From contig NYYU01000041.1 in NCBI GenBank assembly GCA_002685955.1, forward strand, positions 1-50,967: a stretch of DNA of 50,967 nt, written 5' to 3'. The notes beneath the pieces were generated by a model. It was not told the origin of the DNA. It searched no databases and saw nothing but the letters and a program-made list of their open reading frames with translations. The DNA is from Parcubacteria group bacterium. GTDB taxonomy: Bacteria > Patescibacteriota > Minisyncoccia > Portnoybacterales > UBA2143. A program made the position numbers and the translations under genes. Below, one piece after another: positions 9,891-19,668 of this stretch (positions are counted from its first letter, which is position 1; every line of letters begins with the position of its first letter).

Positions 9891-10651
9891 TTATCTAAAT
9901 TAATAATTTCTTGAGCTAATTGCCGATAAGCTCTAGCTCCTTTAGAACGAGGATTATATTGAATAATTGACTGACCAAAACTAGGCGCTTCAGCTAATTT
10001 AACACAACGAGGGATAATTGTTTCAAACACATAACCAGCAAAATTTCTCTCCATTTCCTTGCGCACTTGTCTGGAAAGTCGATTACGGCGATCATACATA
10101 GTTAATAAGGCGCCTTTAACCTTTAGAGGGCTACCTAGATTTTCTTTAACTAATTCAATAGTTTTTAAAAGTTGTCCTAAGCCTTCTAAAGCATAATACT
10201 CGCATTGAACTGGAATAATTACTTCATCGGCCGCTACCAAACCATTAATAGTCAAAAGGCCTAAACTAGGCGGGCAATCAATCAGGATATAGTCATAATT
10301 AGTTCTGACTTGACGAAGCAGTTCATACAATCTAAATTCCCTATTAGATACACTAACTAATTCTATAGTTGCCCCAGCTAAATCCGAAGCGGCTGGAATA
10401 ATATCACAACCAAAAAGACCAGTTTTACGAATTACTTCTTCAGGTAAAAGACCACCAATTAAAGAATGATAAAGATTCAAAGGAACTGCCTGAGGATCAA
10501 GGCCAATACCAGAAGTAGCGTTAGCTTGTGGGTCGATATCAACCAAAAGAACATACTTGCCCATAACAGCTAAGTAAGTTGATAAATTTATTCCTGTAGT
10601 TGTCTTGGAAACCCCTCCTTTTTGATTGACTAATCCAATTATTTGAGCCAT
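9887..10651 (-). CDS. parA: ParA/Soj ATPase
   Basis: NQKGGVSKTT, DIDPQANAT, IDCPPSLG and LAEAPSFG motifs. Confidence 0.96.
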   Translation of the reverse strand: MAQIIGLVNQKGGVSKTTTGINLSTYLAVMGKYVLLVDIDPQANATSGIGLDPQAVPLNLYHSLIGGLLPEEVIRKTGLFGCDIIPAASDLAGATIELVSVSNREFRLYELLRQVRTNYDYILIDCPPSLGLLTINGLVAADEVIIPVQCEYYALEGLGQLLKTIELVKENLGSPLKVKGALLTMYDRRNRLSRQVRKEMERNFAGYVFETIIPRCVKLAEAPSFGQSIIQYNPRSKGARAYRQLAQEIINLDK

Positions 10652-10718
10652 ATATCCTTATTATACTCTAATTCCTTTTAATTGACAACAAAAGGGTTTT
10701 AAGAGAAAATAAGTATAG

Positions 10719-10805
10719 GCCGGTGTGGCGGAATTGGCAGACGCGTGCGATTCAAAATCGCATGGACTTTAGTCCTTGTGGGTTCGACTCCCACCACCGG
10801 CACCA
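10719..10805 (+). tRNA. tRNA-Leu(CAA)
   Basis: Acceptor stem gccggtg/caccggc, anticodon arm tgcga-ttCAAaa-tcgca, long variable arm, ggttcgactcc T-arm, encoded CCA. Confidence 0.96.
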
Positions 10806-10807
10806 AA

Positions 10808-11455
10808 TCAACTCAATATCTTCATTAAATCCTTACCACTGACTGGACCAACTCTAAGAATTTTAGGCTGAGAACTAGTCAGATCTAATACAGTTGAAGG
10901 AGGACTGGCTGGTAAATCACCCGCATCCAAAATTAGGTCTGGTCGAGGATAAGCTTTTTCGAAATTTTTTATCACTTCCCTTGAAGAAATTAAAGGTGGC
11001 TGACCAGAAAGATTTGCTGAAGTTACTGTAATCGGTTCAACCAAGTTTTCCATCAAAGCTTGAGTAAACTGACAATCAGGAATTCTTAAACCGATTGTCC
11101 TTTGTTTAGCTGTTAAAACTTCTGGAATAATCCGTCTTTTTTCTAAAACTACCGTTACTGGCCCAGGCCAAACTTTTTTTAAAACCGCTTCTTGTTTTTT
11201 ATTAACAAAAGCAATTTGTTTAGCCATTTCAATATCACGAATCATTATTGGTACTGGTTTAGTAGCCGGCCTTTTTTTTATTTTAAAAAGACGCTCAATG
11301 CTATCAATTCGTAGAGCATCTACGCCTAATCCATAAACCGTATCAGTCGGATAAACAAAACTACCGCCTCGCTTGATTACGCCAACTGCTATTTCAATAA
11401 TATTCTGCTCAATATCATTCCATTGCCCAGACAAATTAAACCTGATAACTTCCAT
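10808..11455 (-). CDS. tsaC: L-threonylcarbamoyladenylate synthase (TsaC/YrdC/Sua5)
   Basis: YPTDTVYGL, KKRPATKP, WPGPVT, TSANLSG and PSTVLD motifs. Confidence 0.93.
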   Translation of the reverse strand: MEVIRFNLSGQWNDIEQNIIEIAVGVIKRGGSFVYPTDTVYGLGVDALRIDSIERLFKIKKRPATKPVPIMIRDIEMAKQIAFVNKKQEAVLKKVWPGPVTVVLEKRRIIPEVLTAKQRTIGLRIPDCQFTQALMENLVEPITVTSANLSGQPPLISSREVIKNFEKAYPRPDLILDAGDLPASPPSTVLDLTSSQPKILRVGPVSGKDLMKILS

Positions 11456-11458
11456 ATT

Positions 11459-13861
11459 TTATACCACTAAATTAACCAAGCGATTAGGAATGTAGATAAT
11501 CTTTTTTGGTTTTTTGTTATTCAACCATTTCTGAACTTTTTCTTGAGCTAAGGCTAATTCTTTAACTTGTTTTTCAGAAATACCTTGTTTAACTTCTACT
11601 TTATCCCTGACCTTGCCATTAATCTGAATAATCAATTGCCAAATTTCTTGTTTGATTAGCTTTTTGTCGTATTCGGGCCATGGCTGCTTAAAAATACTTT
11701 GCTTATTGTCTAAACTGCTCCACAATTCCTCAGCTAAATGAGGCGCAAAAGGGGATAAAATAGATAGAAAAATCTGGGCGTCCTTTTTAGACAAAACTCT
11801 ATTATTCTCTGACCAGATATTAACAAACTCCATCATAGCAGCTATAGCAGTGTTAAACTTCATACTATCCAAATCCTCATCTACTTTCTTAACTACCTGA
11901 TGCAACTTAGTAATTAATCCCTTATCATTCTTTCCTGTTATCTTACTTTCATCATTAAACAAGGCTAAAACCTTGTTTAAGAATCTAAAACAACCATGAA
12001 CTCCCTCAGTACTCCAGGAAATCATCTGGTCAAACGGGCCCACAAACATTTCGTAAACTCTCAAAGTGTCAGCCCCGTACTGGTCTACAACATTTTTTGG
12101 TTTAATAACATTACCAAAACTCTTGCTCATCTTCCGACCATCTTCAGCTAAGACTACACCATGGGAATAGCGACGCTGGTAGGGTTCAATTGTGGGGACA
12201 TGACCTAAATCGTACAAAAACTTATGCCAGAATCTGGAATAGAGCAAATGGAGAGTTGTATGCTCCATACCGCCATTGTATAAATCTACAGGTAGCCAAT
12301 ACTCTAATTTTTCTGGAGCAGCAAACTTTTTATCATTTTTAGAATCAATATATCTTAAAAAATACCAAGAAGAACCAGCCCAATTAGGCATAGTATCTGT
12401 TTCTCTTTTAGCTGGACCGTTACATTCAGGACACTTAACATTAACCCATTCCTTAATATCTGCTAAAGGAGATTCGCCTGTGCCTGTTGGCTCATATTTC
12501 TTAACATAGGGAAGCTTAACTGGTAAATCCTTCTCTGGAACTGACCGAACGCCGCATTTCTGGCAATGAATAATCGGAATAGGTTCTCCCCAGTAATGCT
12601 GGCGAGAAAAAACCCAATCCCTTAATTTGTAATTAACTGTTTTTTTACCAACCTTGTTCTTGATTAACCAGACAGTAATTTTCTCAATGGCTGTTTTTGA
12701 ATCTAAACCGCTGAATTGTCCAGAATTAACCAAAGTACCATAATCAATATATGATTGTTTTGAAACATTACCGCCTGAGATAACTTCTCTAATTTCTAAA
12801 TCGTATTTCTCTGCAAACTGGTAATCTCTTTTATCATGGGCTGGTACAATCATTACTGCTCCACCGCCATAAGTAGCTACCACATAATCCGAAATCCAAA
12901 TGGGCACTTTTTCATTGTTAACTGGGTTAATACAGTAAGAACCACTAAATACTCCTGTTTTTTCTTTATCTAGCTGAGTTCTTTCAAATTCACTCTTCTT
13001 TTTAGAAGCGGCTACGTAAGCTTTAACCTTACTCTTATTCTCTTTAGTAATCAGTTTTTCTAATAGAGAATGCTCTGGAGCAATAACCATAGCGGTAATA
13101 CCAAAGGAAGTATCAGCCCGAGTGGTAAACACATTGATTACGTCTTCCGAGCCAACTACTTTAAAATCTATTTCAGTTCCATAGCTCCGGCCTATCCAAT
13201 TAATCTGCTGTCTCTTAATTTTTTCTACATAGTCAACTTTCTCCAAATCATCAATCAACCTATCCGCATAAGCTGTGATTTTTAACATCCATTGCTTTAA
13301 TGTTTTTCTACTGGTTTCTGCCCCACAACGCTCACATTTGCCGCCGATCACTTCTTCATTGGCTAAGCCGATTTTACAGCTCGGGCACCAATTAATGGGC
13401 ATCTTTGACTGGTAGGCCAAACCTTTCTTAAAAAACTGGATAAAAATCCATTGGGACCATTTGTAGTATTTAGGATCAGTTGAATCAATTTCCCTGCTCC
13501 AATCAAAGGAGAGGCCAATAGATTTCATCTGCTTCTTAAAGGTTGCGATATTATCCTTAGTTACTTTGGCCGGATGAATACCTGTTTTAATAGCATAATT
13601 CTCTGTAGGCAAACCAAAGGCATCCCAGCCCATGGGGAAAAGCACATTGAATCCTTCCATTCTTTTCTTACGGGCCAAAGCATCTAAAGAACAATAGCTG
13701 CGCAAATGACCCATATGTAAACCATCACCAGAAGGGTAAGGGAATTCTACCATTATGTATTTCTTCGGTCTTTTATCAAAGTCAACGGCTTTATACAAGT
13801 CTTGTTCTTGCCATTTCTTCTGCCACTTTTTTTCAATTTTACTAGGATTATATTTAGGCAT
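11459..13861 (-). CDS. leuS: Leucine--tRNA ligase
   Basis: FPYPSGDGLHMGH, GWDAFGLP, DWVFSRQHYWG, KMSKS. Confidence 0.97.
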   Translation of the reverse strand: MPKYNPSKIEKKWQKKWQEQDLYKAVDFDKRPKKYIMVEFPYPSGDGLHMGHLRSYCSLDALARKKRMEGFNVLFPMGWDAFGLPTENYAIKTGIHPAKVTKDNIATFKKQMKSIGLSFDWSREIDSTDPKYYKWSQWIFIQFFKKGLAYQSKMPINWCPSCKIGLANEEVIGGKCERCGAETSRKTLKQWMLKITAYADRLIDDLEKVDYVEKIKRQQINWIGRSYGTEIDFKVVGSEDVINVFTTRADTSFGITAMVIAPEHSLLEKLITKENKSKVKAYVAASKKKSEFERTQLDKEKTGVFSGSYCINPVNNEKVPIWISDYVVATYGGGAVMIVPAHDKRDYQFAEKYDLEIREVISGGNVSKQSYIDYGTLVNSGQFSGLDSKTAIEKITVWLIKNKVGKKTVNYKLRDWVFSRQHYWGEPIPIIHCQKCGVRSVPEKDLPVKLPYVKKYEPTGTGESPLADIKEWVNVKCPECNGPAKRETDTMPNWAGSSWYFLRYIDSKNDKKFAAPEKLEYWLPVDLYNGGMEHTTLHLLYSRFWHKFLYDLGHVPTIEPYQRRYSHGVVLAEDGRKMSKSFGNVIKPKNVVDQYGADTLRVYEMFVGPFDQMISWSTEGVHGCFRFLNKVLALFNDESKITGKNDKGLITKLHQVVKKVDEDLDSMKFNTAIAAMMEFVNIWSENNRVLSKKDAQIFLSILSPFAPHLAEELWSSLDNKQSIFKQPWPEYDKKLIKQEIWQLIIQINGKVRDKVEVKQGISEKQVKELALAQEKVQKWLNNKKPKKIIYIPNRLVNLVV

Positions 13862-13951
13862 ATATATTGAATATACCGAATATTGGTCATTTTTTCAAGC
13901 TTATTAAAAACAAAAAAGCGGCCTAGTTGCCACAATCACCTTGTAATGATT

Positions 13952-14212
13952 TTATTTATATAAATCTCTATGTCTGCCCAAAACAACAAAAATGCATTCC
14001 TCGGGATTAATGTATTTATAAATCGCCCTTAGATCGCCCGTAATATTGATACTCCGATAATCCAAATACTTTCCTTTAAGAGGGTGATTCTTTAAAACCG
14101 GAGTGAATGGATCTTTCAAAAATATTTTTAATCTTTCTTGAATTTTCTTCTTCTGTTTTTCCGTTAATTTCCGATACTGTTTTTTAAAATTTTTATGAAA
14201 GCGAATTAGCAT
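13952..14212 (-). CDS. Type II TA toxin, RelE/YafQ/StbE family
   Basis: 86 aa, basic; HPLKGKY, RSINITGDLRAIY, LGRHRDLY. Confidence 0.88.
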   Translation of the reverse strand: MLIRFHKNFKKQYRKLTEKQKKKIQERLKIFLKDPFTPVLKNHPLKGKYLDYRSINITGDLRAIYKYINPEECIFVVLGRHRDLYK

Positions 14213-14484
14213 AAGGAAGATAAATATTTCTTTAAATTCTTACTATCAGAAATAGAACGAGACAAATTTTTCCCTCGTTTAATATCCCCCTCAATTTTAC
14301 CCAAAATATCTTCTAATTCTTTAGACATATTGGGCGTAGAGCTAAAATAAACACTTTTATTCCTAATAAACTGCTTAAGATAGGCATTAATGACTGCGCT
14401 CAAAGATAAGCCTAAATCTTGAGCAATTTTTTTTGCCTTTATTTTAACTTCTTGATCCGCCTTGACATTAATTACTGTTTTCAT
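14206..14484 (-). CDS. Type II TA antitoxin, RelB/DinJ family
   Basis: RHH-like N-terminus (K.A..I...LGLSLSAVINAYLKQF); overlaps the toxin start. Confidence 0.88.
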   Translation of the reverse strand: MKTVINVKADQEVKIKAKKIAQDLGLSLSAVINAYLKQFIRNKSVYFSSTPNMSKELEDILGKIEGDIKRGKNLSRSISDSKNLKKYLSSLC

Positions 14485-14521
14485 ATAACTATAGTGTATA
14501 CGATAGTTATTTTGATGTCAA
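14485..14521 (-). promoter_or_regulatory. Sigma70 promoter of the relBE-like operon with an overlapping inverted-repeat operator
   Basis: TTGACA-17-TACACT, 8 nt before ATG; inverted repeat ataactat (14485-14492)/atagttat (14503-14510) brackets the -10 box. Confidence 0.75.
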
Positions 14522-14668
14522 GAAGTTTTATTTAAATAGCTAATTTTTTAATTCTAATATCTTAACCTTGAAGTTCTAAAAAATGAATGTTATGCTTTTA
14601 ATGATATAGAAGTTTTTTAACAAAATAGAGAATATATATACCAGAACAACAAACAAGGAGAATCTGTC

Positions 14669-14917
14669 ATGGATACTAAAACAAATGATGATATTATCAA
14701 TGATTTCATCAATGACCCAGAACTCACCGAAGAAGACATAAAAAAAATCAATGAAGGAGCCAAAGCCTATGAAGCAGAAATGGCCAAGATAAGACAGATT
14801 ACAAAGGATTTTATGAAACATTCAAGGGCCGAGGAAAAAAGAATGCAACAGTCAGATGAGGATTACAGACGGTACATGGACGCAGTATGGAAAAGACTGA
14901 AAGAAATAAAGAGTTAA
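14669..14917 (+). CDS. Hypothetical helical protein
   Basis: 82-aa ORF with an upstream aaggag Shine-Dalgarno. Confidence 0.6.
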   Translation: MDTKTNDDIINDFINDPELTEEDIKKINEGAKAYEAEMAKIRQITKDFMKHSRAEEKRMQQSDEDYRRYMDAVWKRLKEIKS

Positions 14918-15062
14918 AAGAAGGGAGGTCTTGTTATAACAAAAATATTCTTTCAAAAATATCTTGAAAGTTTGGGGGACACAACACCGAGTAATTACAG
15001 GATTGTAACGCTTGCCATCATTTGCCTATTTACAACATTGGCATTAATCGATGGAGTAATCT

Positions 15063-15351
15063 ATCCCGCGTTCAAAACTAATTCCGTTAGAGATAGAAGG
15101 AATTAAAAGGGCGTGGGATTTTGTGTTAAAAAAAACATAAAAGAGGAAGGGTTGCTATAGCATCTGACTTTATCAAAAAACTTCACGAAATTGGTTTTGC
15201 TTGGATATTCCCTAAAACTGGCGGAAAATTCCGCAAGATTGAAGTAGTTGTTTCAAAGTATACTCCGCCAAAATTTTATCTAATTCCGCAATTAATGGAA
15301 AGCTATTGCCAGGATACCAAGACAAGATTAAAACATTTACCAACAGGTTGA
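15063..15351 (+). pseudogene. Probable Fic-family N-terminal fragment (frameshifted, truncated)
   Basis: IPRSKLIPLEIEGIKRAWDFVLKK, frameshift in the A8 run 15128-15135, then HKRGRVAIASDFIKKLHEIGFAWIFPKTGGKFRKIEVVVSKYTPPKFYLIPQLMESYCQD; no start codon and no HPFxxGNGR motif. Confidence 0.6.
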
Positions 15352-15578
15352 TGCTCACGCGGAACATCTCTAGATATTTTGGATGCGAATTTATTCAAAA
15401 CATCACGCACCATTTTATGGGTAGTTTGAGGATTTTCCGTTTTGGTTGTACGATAAATCATCTTTTCTTCAAAGGCGCGCAAAAATTCCCGGCGTTTATT
15501 TTCCGAGCTTTTCTGGTATTTTTTCAAGGTTGTGGCAATACTTTGCTTAGTCATTTTTTGTTTATCTAATCTTAACAC
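15303..15578 (-). CDS. Hypothetical basic protein
   Basis: 91-aa ORF with an upstream TTGCCA/TATGCT promoter-like pair; tail overlaps the Fic remnant. Confidence 0.55.
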   Translation of the reverse strand: MLRLDKQKMTKQSIATTLKKYQKSSENKRREFLRAFEEKMIYRTTKTENPQTTHKMVRDVLNKFASKISRDVPREHQPVGKCFNLVLVSWQ

Positions 15579-15641
15579 GATTTAGCTTATATTTTGTAGC
15601 ATACCATATTAGAGAAATTTGGCAAGTTCGCAAATTTTTGC

Positions 15642-16490
15642 TTATATCCCAAACAACTCTTTGGCATTCTTAGTTGTTTGTTCGGCTACTTTGGCAAATT
15701 TAATTTTTTTAATTTGAGCGATTCTTTGAGCCACATATTTTACATATAAAGGTTCGTTTCTTTTACCGCGATGCGGTTCGGGCGCTAAATAGGGCGAGTC
15801 GGTTTCAATTAAAATATTCTCTAAGGGCGCCTTCTCAATAACTTTATCATAATCATGGACATAAGTTATCAATCCGGTAAAACTAAGATAAAAGTCCATA
15901 GCTAATAGCTTTTCGGCTTGAGCCCAGCGGCCAACAAAACAATGAACTACGCCTTTTAATCCAGCTGGCGCGCAAGCATGAGGGCAGCTAGCGCAGCCAG
16001 AATTAAACATCGTTAATAAACCAATTAAATCTTCATAAGCCTTACGACAATGAATCGCTACTGGTTTATTCATTTGTTGAGCTAATTCTAATTGTTCTAA
16101 AAATGCTTGCTGCTGTTTTTCTTTTTCCTGATCAGTAATTTTATCATAATAATCTAAACCGATTTCTCCTAAAGCAACTGTTTTTTTATCCTCTAATAAT
16201 TTTCTGTATTTTCCCTGATTGAATTCTTCAAATTCTCTTTTCCCGACGTCTTCAGAGTCGGGATTTTCATTGGATATTACATGACTGGGATGCAAGCCTA
16301 CGATCGCATAAACCCCTTGCTCATATTTATTGGCGTATTTAACTGCTCGGACACTGCTTGAATATTGAGCCCCAACATTAATGACCCAAACACCATGCTC
16401 CAGCGCCCGATTAATTATTTTGCCTCCATCGTCCTTATAACCATTAAAATTAATATGGGCGTGGGTATCGATTAATAGAGGTTTTTTCAT
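15642..16490 (-). CDS. tatD: TatD family hydrolase/DNase
   Basis: IDTHAH, GLHP, GEIGLDY, IHCR, VHCF and ETDSPYL motifs. Confidence 0.94.
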   Translation of the reverse strand: MKKPLLIDTHAHINFNGYKDDGGKIINRALEHGVWVINVGAQYSSSVRAVKYANKYEQGVYAIVGLHPSHVISNENPDSEDVGKREFEEFNQGKYRKLLEDKKTVALGEIGLDYYDKITDQEKEKQQQAFLEQLELAQQMNKPVAIHCRKAYEDLIGLLTMFNSGCASCPHACAPAGLKGVVHCFVGRWAQAEKLLAMDFYLSFTGLITYVHDYDKVIEKAPLENILIETDSPYLAPEPHRGKRNEPLYVKYVAQRIAQIKKIKFAKVAEQTTKNAKELFGI

Positions 16491-16554
16491 ATTTACTCAT
16501 CATAGCTTATTAAGGAGGTGTTTTCAAGTAAAGAATTGTGGTATAATATATTAA

Positions 16555-16791
16555 ATGACTTATTTAAATAATCCTTCTATTATTCCTTTAATTGCCTTTT
16601 CATTTGTGCTTGTCTTTTATTTGTGGTATACCTTTTCCACTATTTATCATTTTGTTAGATTTGGATACGGCACTAAACCCAAAACTCTAGCTCTGGTATT
16701 TTTTGTTGGCTCATTTATTTTATTTGTCATCTCTATTTATACTTATACTCAAATTGATTGGTCAAATATTCTTCCTATGACCCCTCTTTAA
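16555..16791 (+). CDS. Small two-TM membrane protein
   Basis: 78 aa, two hydrophobic helices around YHFVRFG; TATAAT 7 nt upstream. Confidence 0.7.
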   Translation: MTYLNNPSIIPLIAFSFVLVFYLWYTFSTIYHFVRFGYGTKPKTLALVFFVGSFILFVISIYTYTQIDWSNILPMTPL

Positions 16792-16793
16792 TT

Positions 16794-17297
16794 ATGTCTA
16801 TTTTTACCTTTTCAAAAAATAGTTTTGAAAACCAATTGCCAGATGAAAAAATAGTTCTTTTGACTAGAAAACACTGGTTTGTCTTATTTGTCCCCTTCCT
16901 CATTATTTCCATCCTCACCTTAGTGCCTCTCATCATCCACCCTTATTTTAATCAAGCCACCCTGCCTCTTTTTTGGTTTTTAACTTCAGTTTACTTTCTA
17001 ATCCTTTGGCATCTGCTATTCTACAGCATCATGCTTTATGCTTTAAACACTGTTATTATTACTAACAAAAGAATAGTTGAAAATCAACAAACAGGATTTT
17101 TTAGACACCGAGTAGATGAACTAGAATTACACAGAATTCAAGATATTTCCATAAAAGTTTATGGTATTATCCCAGAACTGATTGGCTTTGGCGATTTAAA
17201 AATCCAAACAGCCGGAGCTGGAAATGAATTTATTTTTACCCAGCTACCTAATCCAAAAAAAATTAAAAGCGCTATTAGGCGCGCTAATGGATTATAA
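16794..17297 (+). CDS. Membrane protein with bacterial PH domain (bPH_2-like)
   Basis: RKHW, two TMs, IITNKRIV, IQDISI, FGDLKIQTAG; ATG at 16794 preferred over the overlapping TTG at 16758. Confidence 0.8.
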   Translation: MSIFTFSKNSFENQLPDEKIVLLTRKHWFVLFVPFLIISILTLVPLIIHPYFNQATLPLFWFLTSVYFLILWHLLFYSIMLYALNTVIITNKRIVENQQTGFFRHRVDELELHRIQDISIKVYGIIPELIGFGDLKIQTAGAGNEFIFTQLPNPKKIKSAIRRANGL

Positions 17298-17328
17298 CCG
17301 AGGGAAAAGTGCCTCGGCTTTTTTGTTT
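17292..17328. repeat. 37-bp imperfect copy of the metG 3' end; also a + strand intrinsic terminator
   Basis: 33/37 identical to 18240-18276; ccgagg/cctcgg stem followed by a T-tract. Confidence 0.85.
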
Positions 17329-17368
17329 AAGAATTGCAAATTAACAACTTTTGTGGCACAATAAAGAT

Positions 17369-17596
17369 ATGGCAAAAGTAAATAAAAGGCTGTTCTGGGA
17401 CGTAGAGTTTAAAAAATTAAATTATGAAAAACATGCTGATTTTGTTATCAAGCGGGTTTTACAATATGGAGATGTAGAAGATTATAAAGCTATTAAAAAA
17501 GAGTATGGATTAAAAAAAATTAAAAAAGTAGCTCAAAAAATCAATTACTTTGATAAAAAAAGTCAAAACTTCTGGAAATTTGTTTTCGATATATAA
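17369..17596 (+). CDS. DUF6922-like small protein, putative partner of the AbiEii nucleotidyltransferase
   Basis: LFWDV...VIKRVLQYG...FW pattern; ATG at 17369 follows TTGCAA-17-CACAAT. Confidence 0.75.
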   Translation: MAKVNKRLFWDVEFKKLNYEKHADFVIKRVLQYGDVEDYKAIKKEYGLKKIKKVAQKINYFDKKSQNFWKFVFDI

Positions 17597-17599
17597 ATC

Positions 17600-18214
17600 A
17601 TGCGCCAAAAAATACTTAATCAAAAAACTAAATCCTTATTACAAGAAATATCTCCAAAAGAATTTCTTAGTGATTTTTATTTAGCCGGCGGTACTGCCCT
17701 AGCGTTACAATTAAACCACAGAAAATCAATCGACCTGGACTGGTTTAATCAAAAAGATTTTAATACTGAAAAACTTAAAAGAGAATTAAATCAACTCGGC
17801 AAGGTCATTATTGAATCAGAAGAAAAGAATAGTCTTAATTTAATTTTATCGGGGGTTAAATTGAGTTTTTTGAACTATCCATATAAATTACTTTTTCCTT
17901 TAATAGACTGGCAAAAAATTAAATTAGCTGATAAACGTGATATTGCTTGCATGAAATTAAACGCTATTTCTTCTCGTGGCAGTAAAAAGGATTTTATTGA
18001 TTTATTCTTTATCTTAAAAGAATATCCCTTAATTGAACTCTTGAAATTGTTTGATCAAAAATATCAGAATATTAAATATAATAAAATGCATATCTTTAAA
18101 AGTCTGACTTATTTTATTGAAGCGGATAACGAACCCCTACCAATTATGCTTAAAGATATAAATTGGGAAGAAATAAAAAAGCACCTCCAAGAGATAACCA
18201 AGAGAAGACTTTAA
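17600..18214 (+). CDS. AbiEii/AbiGii family nucleotidyltransferase (type IV TA-like)
   Basis: FYLAGGTALAL, HRKSIDLD, MKLNAISSRGSKKDFIDL. Confidence 0.9.
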   Translation: MRQKILNQKTKSLLQEISPKEFLSDFYLAGGTALALQLNHRKSIDLDWFNQKDFNTEKLKRELNQLGKVIIESEEKNSLNLILSGVKLSFLNYPYKLLFPLIDWQKIKLADKRDIACMKLNAISSRGSKKDFIDLFFILKEYPLIELLKLFDQKYQNIKYNKMHIFKSLTYFIEADNEPLPIMLKDINWEEIKKHLQEITKRRL

Positions 18215-18239
18215 ATATTCTATAGCCTTAAACTGTTAT

Positions 18240-19667
18240 TTACAACCGAGGAAAAAGCGCCTCGGCTTTTTTATTTCCTTTGAGCTGACTTAAGATTTTT
18301 TTTGAAGTATCAGGCATGAATGGTTCTAATAAAACGGTAATTTCTTTGATGGTGTTTAATAAACTGGAAATAACTTGGCTAAATTTCTTTTGATTATCCT
18401 TAACCAACTGCCAAGGTTTATTCTTTTCAATATATTCGTCGCAAACACCAATTAATCGCCAGATTGATTCTAATGCTTCATGAAATTTAATTTGTTTTAT
18501 GGCTTGATGATATTTGGCCTGAGTTGATTTAATTTCTGAAGACAATTCATTAGAAGATGTATTCTTTATATTTGCTTTGGCTGATAAGGTTAAGATTCGA
18601 CTAACCAGATTTCCTAAACCATTGGCCAAATCGGCATTGTATCTTTCTTCTAATCTTTTAATACTAAAATCACCATCCTGACCAAAGGCAAACTCTCGCA
18701 AAAGAAAATATCTTAACGAATCTAGGCCATACTTATCGGCTAGATGAATTGGATCAATAGCATTGCCTAAACTCTTACTCATTTTTTGACCATCAGATGT
18801 TAAAAACCCATGAACAAAAATTCTTTTAGGTGGTTTTAGTCCAACCGCTAATAATAGAGCAGGCCAGAAAATAGCATGGAACTTAACAATATCTTTAGCT
18901 ACCAAATGAAGATCAGCTGGCCAATATTGATTAAATTTTTTTTTGTTATCCTCATAACCAATAGCAGTGACATAGTTTTGCAAAGCCTCCACCCACACCC
19001 AAACATTCTGTTTTTGATCAAAAGGCAGAGGAATACCCCAAGTTACATTTTGTCGAGAAATAGAAAAGTTACCTAAATCCTGATTTATTAATGAAAGAAC
19101 TTCTTTTTTCCGCTCTTTTGGCTCAATTAATATTTTATTGTCTTTAATAAGTTTTTTTACTTGAGGCAGGAAATCAGTAAATTTGAAGAAATAATTTGTT
19201 TCTGAAATTAATTCTGGCTCTTTTTGATGATCAGGACATTTGCCATCAATTAATTCTTTTTTAGTAATAAATTTTTCACAACCGGTACAATATAGTCCTC
19301 TATATTCATCTTGGTAAATTTTATTACTTTTTTCTAATTTCAATAAGAATTTTGCTACGCCTTTTTTATGTCTTAATCCAGTAGTTCTAATAAAGTCGTC
19401 ATTAGAAATATTAAGTGTTTTCCAATTTTTTTTAAATTTTTCTACAATTCCATCAACAAACTCCTGAGGCGACTTGCCTGCCTTTTCGGCCGCACAAGCA
19501 ATCTTTTCCCCATGCTCGTCAGTACCGGTTAGAAATAAAACATCATCGCCTTTTTGCCTGTGATAACGCGCTAAAACATCGGCCGCAATGGTGGTATAAG
19601 CTGTACCAATATGAGGCGCCTGATTAGTATAATATATTGGAGTAGTGATATAGAATTTCTTTTTCAT
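18240..19667 (-). CDS. metG: Methionine--tRNA ligase (short form)
   Basis: FYITTPIYY, HIGT, GTDEHG, KMSKS; ATG at 19667 chosen. Confidence 0.96.
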   Translation of the reverse strand: MKKKFYITTPIYYTNQAPHIGTAYTTIAADVLARYHRQKGDDVLFLTGTDEHGEKIACAAEKAGKSPQEFVDGIVEKFKKNWKTLNISNDDFIRTTGLRHKKGVAKFLLKLEKSNKIYQDEYRGLYCTGCEKFITKKELIDGKCPDHQKEPELISETNYFFKFTDFLPQVKKLIKDNKILIEPKERKKEVLSLINQDLGNFSISRQNVTWGIPLPFDQKQNVWVWVEALQNYVTAIGYEDNKKKFNQYWPADLHLVAKDIVKFHAIFWPALLLAVGLKPPKRIFVHGFLTSDGQKMSKSLGNAIDPIHLADKYGLDSLRYFLLREFAFGQDGDFSIKRLEERYNADLANGLGNLVSRILTLSAKANIKNTSSNELSSEIKSTQAKYHQAIKQIKFHEALESIWRLIGVCDEYIEKNKPWQLVKDNQKKFSQVISSLLNTIKEITVLLEPFMPDTSKKILSQLKGNKKAEALFPRL

Positions 19668-19668
19668 G

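Noticed and set aside
10719-10805. tRNA-Leu as an integration site
   Set aside because: No duplicated 3' end was noticed, and it is flanked directly by core genes.
15351-15366. parS-like sequence atgctcacgcggaaca
   Set aside because: Only about 11/16 match to the parS consensus, and one half-site is broken.
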